NCBI GenBank assembly: GCA_964276515.1
Contig: OZ193910.1
Coordinates: 3,348,001 to 3,412,000 of the forward strand
Reading direction: 5' to 3'
Length of the DNA: 64,000 nucleotides
DNA from: Gordius albopunctatus
Lineage: Eukaryota
The notes beneath the pieces are model-generated. The model worked only from the letters and a program-made list of their open reading frames with translations. It had not been told where the DNA came from and did not search any database. Every line of letters starts with the position of its first letter. Position 1 is the first letter of the stretch. Shown in pieces: positions 54,527 to 64,000 of this stretch. The position numbers were made by a program, and so were the translations under genes.

Positions 54527-55935
54527 CGCGCTACCTGAGAATTGGAGTGCTTTATCTGCAATTCTTGAAAATTTTAAAGTAAAAGTGCTATTCGGTAGAT
54601 TTTTATCTATTCTATCATAAACTTTTAAAAAATGTGGAAAAAATTTTTTTGGCTTCGGTATTAAGGCTCTTATTTCGCTAAAATCGCGAATGTCAATATT
54701 TTTTAGAATTGGTTACCGCTATCTGCAATTACCCAATCGCAAGCGCTCATTTAATCACGTGAATAAATCGTATGCTTATAAATTTTAATTTGAATAATAT
54801 CTCTACAATTTATTTTCACATTGTGTTATGTCAAACATTGATAAAATAATAACTATTTTGGATGAAGATAAGTAAAATCAGTTTAAAAATTATAACCACA
54901 ACATTTACATTAGTTTTAATGGCCTAAATCAAGAAAAAAAGATGGTTCCAAAAACTAATGAATGAAACTATTGTTAGGAAAAGAAAGTTTTCAAGAGAAA
55001 AAGGAAAAGAGAATCTTAATATTATAGGAATTTTTATGGAAAAAAAGGGTTAAGGGAATATTAAAGATTGTAAAAATGCAAAAAATAAATGATCAAGAAC
55101 AGATGGAAATTCATAAAAGCTTCTGGGAGATGCCTGATACAAAAAAGGGTTATATTTTTATAACAAATTTATAGTATGTCTGCCGAGTAAAAGAAGGCAA
55201 TTAGTTTTCTGGAAAACATATACATTCCAATATTATTTTGAATTAAATAATGTCAGAATCAGAGTTTCCAAATATTCTATATATGTATATCATTTATATA
55301 ATAATAAATAAATTGTCTAAAACTAACATGAATTTAGTTTGGTATAATGATGCCTTTAAAATGGGTAGCATTTATATATAAGAAAATTAACCCCTGTACA
55401 AATCAAACTAGGTTAGGTTTTAGAACTTAATAAAGAATAATAATCATGATTGTATTAGAAATTTAATTATTTACATTGATCGCCTCATAAGTTTTATCTT
55501 TTGATAAATTTTGCCGATTACATAGCCCCAATTTACCTTAAAATTGTTTATAATAGTAATAAATTTGAGTTATTGGAGTAATAAAGTCATAATAAAAAAT
55601 AACTAGTTTTATAATCTCATATTTTATTTATAATGTCTCCAAAATCGTAAAACTTGCCGTTAAAAATGCAGATAGAGCAAAGTAGCTAAATAAAATCGCA
55701 AAAAAATTAGAACTTTGCTCTATCTGAAATTCAAAAAATCCATTTTCTTATTGAAGAAAAACATAAAACCCAAATTTTTGGCTAAAATATTACAGATGCT
55801 AATAGTCTACACTATAAAACTAAATTTCAATTCATATGAATAATTAGTTTAGATTTTATAGCATTTTAAACTTTGAACTCAATTATCTCAGTTCGGAGTT
55901 TTGTGTAGATAAAGCACTCCAATTCTCAGGTAGCG
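54527..55935 (+). mobile_element. Sola-like non-autonomous DNA transposon
   Basis: 29-bp TIR cgctacctgagaattggagtgctttatct; probable 4-bp TSD atat; decayed CKKC...IHKSFW...YI...RVSK peptide resembling a Sola transposase N-terminus. Confidence 0.65.
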
Positions 55936-57709
55936 ATATATCTAATGGTCCATCGGGTCTCTATGGAAAAATAATAGACTAGCTTATGGTCGGTATTAAA
56001 CACACCCACACTGAATGTCTTCACCAGAAAAGGAGACTAACAGTGTGGGTGTGGCTCTTTTTCTTAAGACTATAATACCCCCTCAGCACACCATAGCGCG
56101 CCCATCACAACACTAGTCATGAAGAAAGAGTCATCACCATGACGAACCTCCTTAACAAGATATTGGTAGAAGAGCGAATCCCTAATCAATGGAGAGAAAG
56201 CACGATTATACCCATATTTAAAGGCAAAGAAGACCCTCAGGACTGCGGCAATTACAGAGGTATCAAGCTAACTTGCCACTCTTTGAAGCTTATGAAAAGG
56301 ATCTTAGTAACAAGCCTGAAAAACGAGGTGGAAATATCGGCTAATCAATTCGGATTCGTGGCCGGCAAATCCACAATCGACCCAATCTTCGCACCAAGAC
56401 AAATGATGGATAAGTATGGTGAAAAGAGTAAAGACCTACATATGGTTTTTATTGACTTGGAGAAAGTTTATGACACGGGCACCCGCGATTTAATATGGTG
56501 GTGTATGAGTAAACAAAATATCCTTGACGCATATTTATGGCCTATAAAAAATATTTATGAAGCCCCAAACTCTTGCGTTAGGACGACAGTTGGAGACTTT
56601 AAACCTTTTCGGGTTAATATTGCTTTACATCAAGGCTCTGCTTTAAGTCCTTTTTCATCTAATATAATTATGGACACGATAACGAGGGACATTCAAAAGC
56701 CATCGCTATGGTTATTCTATATGCCGATGATATAGTACTCTGCCAGGAAACAAGGGAGAAAGTATTCGAAGAAGCTGAAAAGTGGTGAAAGCGCTTAGCT
56801 GGATATGGTTTAAAGGTGAACGGTCGAAAAACGGTATACATGGAAATGAACGGTAAAGGTACCCCATCGCTGGATGACCATCTAAAATACCCAAAAGTAG
56901 ACAGATTTACTTACCTCGGCTCGATACTACATCAAGAGGGAGGTTGCGCAACGGAAGTCGATCCCCATATCCAAAAAAGGATGGCTTAAATGTCGAAGTA
57001 TACCGGTGTAATGTGCGATAAGAAAATGCCAATATGGTTGAAGAGCAAAGCTTACAAATCCATCGTAAGACCGGTGTTACTCTATGGAAGTGAAACATGG
57101 GCATTAAACACCACGGAAGGAAATTGATTACAAGCCACGGAGATGAGAATGATACGATGGAGCTTGGGGTATACTAAGCTCGACCATATGACGAATGACT
57201 TTCTCATGAAAAAAATGGGTATTCAACCTATGGCGGACATGATTAACGAAAATCGGCTAAGGTGGTATGGGCATATACTAAGGAACACAAATGACGTAAA
57301 TCGAAAAGTACTGTACATGGAAGTACCGGGGAAGAGAGGAAGAGGACGACCCCGTGTCACGTGGAAAGGGCAAGTCGATAAAGTTATGGAAACTAAAGAT
57401 ATTAGTCAAGAAATGGCACTCACCCGGTCAAGATGGTGAGACCAAATAACTGATAAGGAAGAAGAAGATGGATCAAGGAGATAAAGTTATTAATTTAACT
57501 AAACTTCAATGGATTAAATTGTAATATTAGTATGAAAATTTTACCTTTTGGCAAATCGAGGTTTAGATTTAGCAAATAATTCATATTAGCTTTCGCTAAT
57601 ATAAATGTTCTTCAACACTTATTTTATATAAATTTTATTTGAAGTGCAATTTTATCTGCTGGCCGAACTAACTGTTGGATGTCACAATATTCTGCTATTG
57701 CTTGCATAG

Positions 57710-58711
57710 AATGAGCCTACGATGGAGGCTAAGGAGTCCACTCCGAAGCCTGTGCTCATTTTACCTTCCACATCTAAATTCGCATCACACTCACCAGCCA
57801 TACCCGAGGATAAAAAGATTCTCTGGAGGAGATGTCAACCAAATATTCGTCTAGGAAATATAACAATAGGCCCCCAGTTAGGTTTATTTTTATTCCAATA
57901 TTATTTATTTACCATATATTCTTTGAAAATTTGCAATTTTATAATAAACAAACATCATAATATGTCATTGTGATAATTGATTAAACCGCCATCTATAAAT
58001 ATTTTTAGGGGAAATGTAATTTTTAGTATTTTTTACCATCTCGTAGCCGCTCCCAAACTTTTTATGAGTGAAATATGATAATGGGTCATAAAGGAGTGCA
58101 CGTTGTGAAATTGGTGATTTCATTTAAAGGGTAAATAGGTTTTTAAACTTTTTCACTAATTTGACCACAAAAAATTAACCGAAAATGTTCGAGGTTTTTA
58201 GATTCGATAGAATTTTTTTAGGAAAAAAACATCAAAATTTGAGTGAATAACGCAAATACTTTCAAAAATATGACAAAAATAGTAAAATCCATAAAACGCT
58301 CCTGAACGTGATTTTGGCCCTTAAAACCTCCGTAACTTAAAAAGTATTGGCACAAAATGGCTAAAATTTTCAGAAATTACTCTAATAAATGAGGCCTACA
58401 CCCTCACCAAAAATTATCTTGATCTGAAATGTTCGGTCAAAAACGTTTTGATTTGTCATGGCCCTTATATATAAGAAAGATATGTATATAGTAACTCGTT
58501 ATGGTTATCTCAAAAAATGGACTAATTCCTCAACAACTCATGCATATTGTAATTAATTTGCATAGATTGAAATGCCAAATTAAAAGTGATAACTTTAGAT
58601 GATAATCCTGTAAATACAAGATTGCCATTGTATGAGCAGCTCATATCATCTGTGTCCTTTCTAGAAAATGCTTCCAATTTATCATCACATTGTTTAGAAA
58701 GGAGCCATTAA
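57710..58711 (+). CDS. Putative gene of unknown function. Exons 57710-57881, 58492-58548, 58599-58711
   Basis: Three phase-compatible GT-AG exons giving ...GPQLVTRYGYLKKW...YDNPVNTRLPLYEQLISS...*; no family recognised. Confidence 0.4.
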
Positions 58712-58857
58712 CCTCACTGTACAGTTATTTGCAAGAATATTTATGTTATATTTAAAGTGAAGATATATAATAATCTCTTCGTATAAGACAAAATATTATT
58801 TACAATAAATGTAGCATATATAAATAAAAAGTTTTATAATTCATTGTTGGTAAAATG

Positions 58858-60440
<1,583 letters not shown>

Positions 60441-60874
60441 GTGATATGATAAAAACACCTGCTTCTTGCTACATATGTTTTTTGAATATTTTTTTTTATT
60501 AAACATGATTTATTATAAAAAAGTATTAAATACATGATGAAATTAATAAACCAAAGAGCGTTGGCCAATAGGCAAATAACCAAAGCGGGCGCCTAGCCAG
60601 GATTTTCTCCGAAAGCTGCAAAAAAATTTTTTAAACAATTTTATTTGTAATCAGAATAAAAGCTTAAACATCCAAAAATACGGGACCACTGCTGGGCCCT
60701 CTATGCCTAGTGGCAACAGGTAAACGTCATGAATTTAGATTTTTGAGGCCCAGGTGGGCACCATAACAAGGTTGGGACGATGCAAGCTTAATGAGATTCT
60801 TTATATAGTTTACTATATTTCTAACTTTATTATTTAAAAAATCCGAGAATTAAATCAAAAACTTTCGTAAATAT

Positions 60875-63196
60875 TGTTAAGGGCAGATACTTATTAACGT
60901 AAACTATTAGGAGTGTGATACAAAAACACGACGAAAAAGTGTGTTGGCGTATATATCCAACGCCTTTATATGTTATAACCAATTAACGCTAATTTGATTG
61001 CCAACGCGCGTGCAAATAACATCAACACGCAGGTAACTATCGTATCTCTGGAGGCACTTTACCTCTCTACAGTTCCCCCCTTTTCACAAAGATAAGGCCT
61101 TAGGTAGCTTAGGGCCTGTCGTACCCGGCGTGGGTATCTAACATCAGGCGCGGCGTTGTTAAGCTCCGGATCCATGGGAGCGACACTGTGTTACCCCGCT
61201 CCTGTAGCGGCACTGTCATTCGGAACCGTTGGCAGGGGACCCTGACTAAACGCCGTTGGTAAGGGCTCGCATCACCTGACCCGTTCGCGAGTGTATCCCG
61301 GTGCGGGTAACCATTTTCGTGTCCACCCATTCTCCAGTTCAATATTTTACTTCGTCTAACTTGCTCTAAATGTCGATGGTGGCTTCTCCCTAGGGCCTTA
61401 ACGTCGAACGAGTGTGTCCCGCGCTTGGAAATAATGGTGCCCTCCACCCATTTATCGGGCTCCAGGAACATAAGCACCCACACTGGGTCTCCGACGTCGA
61501 ACCCTTGCGCCCTTCTTGCATCTCTCCACTGGGTGGCGCTAGGTTCTCTTGATACTTCCCTTGACTCGTGCAGCTTAGGTAGGTACTTTTTGTAGCGTAG
61601 CCTTGGACCGACTACTACTGTTGTACCGCGCGTACCCCTAATCCACTCCCAGCGCTGCCGTAAAGTCTCATCGCTGGCGGTGTACTGTCTTATAATGTTC
61701 CATGCGATGGACGCGTTCGCGGTATCCTCTAGTACCTGTTCGGTAACTTGGAACGCATGCTTGCTTGGTCGTCTCGCCACAACAATGACTGCGTCATCCT
61801 TACCCTTGATGGCAGCCATGGATCGAGCTGGATCTTGGTCAGATTTCGCGTTCCTAGAGCAAGGCTTATTGGGGTTGAGTGGGATTACAGATTGTTGCTG
61901 AGACGAGGAGCCAGGATCCTTAGAAACCCCTGCGGCGGTGCTACGCTGTTTGGTTGTTGTGGTAACTGACCCATCGAACCGGGTTGCTGTTGGTCGGGGG
62001 AGAAAACTGGGCCCGGCATTAAGACATGTGGAAAAATCCAGCTACCGGGTGGCCTACCCTTTGGGCCCCCACCGAAGGAATGCATTTGACTATCTTGCAT
62101 CCCGATACTCACGGGATCGTTAGGTCTCGGCTCTTTCTGGACCTTCTCCTCGACAAAATTCACAACGTATTGCTCCATGAAGGCTCGCGAACTCCATCCG
62201 GCTAGTTCCCATGCGTCCTTTCCGAACTCTTTAATCCAGTTCGTCCCGAGTAACGGCGGTCCCTTCACATCCGTCACCAGCATCGACAGGCGCTTTCGGT
62301 TGGGAACCAGCCGGACCTCGGCTGTTACGTCCCCGATAATATTTATCCCCTCGCCGCCAAACGCATACACGGCAGGTGTTGAGTTTGCTTGCACGGGTAA
62401 GCGTTTCTTCCACCCGTTGGCCGGTACGATTGTAACGGTGGATCCCATGTCCATAAGCAAAGTTATTAAGGTGTTATTGACAAATACATCAATAGTCATA
62501 ATATCTAACGCATGGCCGAACCTGATCATACTCGGGCACGTCCTCGTCGCGTCAACCGCAAATGCCTCGTCAACTGGCTTGTGCATTGTCCTCAGGCCTT
62601 CACCGATTGCCTCCCGACCTAGGGCGATCTCCACGGCCTTTTAACACTTCTTTTCGGCCATCAACGCAGCCTGCACCGTTGGGTTGTAGAGCCCTAAAAT
62701 CAGCTGATCGAGAATTCTGGCCGATAATTCTCCGGTTGAAAACCGCAGTCCTTTGACGCCTCTTTTAGCCTTCGGATATATCGTATGAGTTCTTCCCCGG
62801 GCATCTGTCTAATATTTCCGAACCGGAACCTTGGCGCCAGAGGGCCGGTCTGCCCCTTGAACACCTTCTTCGCTCTCCTGGTCGCTTCTTCGAACGACCA
62901 TTCGATCGGGTTATCCGGGTACGCGTCGTCCGCGATAACCTTAACCGCCTCCGCCGATAACGAACTTAGCAACCTGCACGTTTTCTGGGTATCGTACGAC
63001 GTCCCTGATTGTGCCTTGGTGTTGACCTCGAATTGCATTAGAAACGTTTCAATGGAATCTCCTAACCTGAATAACTCCTATCCAACGCCTTTATATGTTA
63101 CAACCAATTAACGCTAATTTGATTGCCAACGCGCGTTCAAATAACATCAACACGCAGGTAACTATCGTATCTCTGGAGGCACTTTACCTCTCTACA
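60875..63196 (-). mobile_element. Internally deleted Ty3/gypsy LTR retrotransposon
   Basis: Perfect 5-bp TSD aatat; 3' LTR 60875-61071 next to a PPT (aaaaggggggaac on the minus strand); partial 5' LTR 63079-63196; gag-like 62700-63075, protease-like LMDMGS..LLG 61885-62634, integrase C-terminal FDVGDPVWV..KW..G.I...RH.EQVR. Confidence 0.92.
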
Positions 63197-63479
63197 AATA
63201 TGACAAAATTTATGCTTAAATTTAGAATCATTATTTTTGGCCGGACAGTTCGGCAGCTCTATTAACTTGGGCATGGGCGATTGAACGGGCCTTGGCAGGC
63301 AATTTAGGTTTCAGACCGTAATAGGTTTTGGCTTAAAATTTATACAAATATTATCAATAACAATTGTATTAATTTCGGGTATTGAATGTAGAAATGAATA
63401 GTCATTTTAATTTTTTTTGCCCAACTAATGTCTATCTAAAATTTCACATAAGTGGGCAATTCCATTGATTCATAAATAA

Positions 63480-63850
63480 TGCTGACAGTAAAAGACACGA
63501 CGGTGTAACAATCATCCCGTGAGCTTGTGGCCTAAAATCTTGTTGTGACTTCACTGCAGTGGATATATTTGCCAAATCTAACACTTCTCCCGACCTCATC
63601 TCTTCTACTGAGAGAAAAAAGTGTAAAAAATACAAATACCTCAGCAATATTATTTTTGTACCAGTAGTGGCCATGACCCTCGGTAATTTAGGTTCCGAGG
63701 GCATCCAATTCCTCAAACAATTATCAAAATTTATAACCTCCATTACACACGATCCCAAAGAATTATTTTACATCAAGCATAAAATTACCATGGAAATTAT
63801 AATATCCTATACAATCTCAATCCATGGCTCGATGCCAGCTCACTAATTTA
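63480..63850 (+). pseudogene. CRE-like RLE endonuclease 3' fragment
   Basis: RHDGVTIIP*...DFTAVDIFA...K.KKY..L...FVPV..MTLG..G, a degenerate PD-(D/E)xK region. Confidence 0.75.
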
Positions 63851-64000
63851 ATATATTTTAGCATGTAACATACACAATTATTTAGAAATAAACTTCTATC
63901 GATTTCAAAAAAATCATTTAATTGACGTCATATGTTTCTAATCTCATGAGGGTTCTTGGGCGTAGCCAGGTTTTGGATTAGGGGGGGGGGGGAGGGGTGA

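Larger units (their letters stand above)
53165..56115. mobile_element. hAT-like non-autonomous element inserted in the RTE
   Basis: tagtgatgttatg / catcacaacacta TIRs; TSD gtggtgaa/gtcatgaa (6/8). Confidence 0.8.
51935..57470 (+). mobile_element. RTE-clade LINE (endonuclease plus RT), degenerate, split by an insertion at 53165-56115
   Basis: GADFNAH, SQIDYLL, KANGPDGIP, NYRGIKL, QFGF, FIDLEK.YD, HQGSALSP, YADD, RLRWYGH; gaagaagaag tail; frame resumes across the insertion. Confidence 0.93.

Noticed and set aside
58080..58468. Possible TIR element in an intron
   Set aside because: Only the right end (tcatggccctta) is convincing; the left TIR and TSD are unresolved.
61680..63111. Plus-strand ORFs within the LTR element
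   Set aside because: Antisense shadows of GC-rich gag/protease sequence.

Overview
AT-rich eukaryotic (animal, probably invertebrate) genomic DNA with a 200-N scaffold gap at 4540-4739; no prokaryotic features. Host genes, most rebuilt by hand from GT-AG splicing because the ORF track misses them: an intronless class-A GPCR (6226-8034 +), SKA1 (partial, 16102-25427 +), a secreted Thr/Arg/Lys-rich repeat protein (35187-35844 +), NOC3L (9 exons, 44198-48057 +), a thioredoxin gene with two disabling lesions (50457-50947 -), a tentative unknown gene (57710-58711 +) and WDR5 (12 exons, 58858-60440 -). Most introns are only 35-45 bp. The rest is dense, often nested transposon debris: several hAT/MITE families, Helitron remnants, a Sola-like element, RTE and CRE-type non-LTR retrotransposons, and an internally deleted Ty3/gypsy element plus a solo LTR of the same family. 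I found no clearly new biological system. The best leads are a 93-bp duplication flanking a CRE-like insertion, an hAT family with apparent 7-bp TSDs, a DRY-to-DMY orphan GPCR, the thioredoxin pseudogene, the cationic mucin-like protein and an unidentified decayed block inside the SKA1 intron. All protein identifications rest on recalled motif similarity, not database searches.
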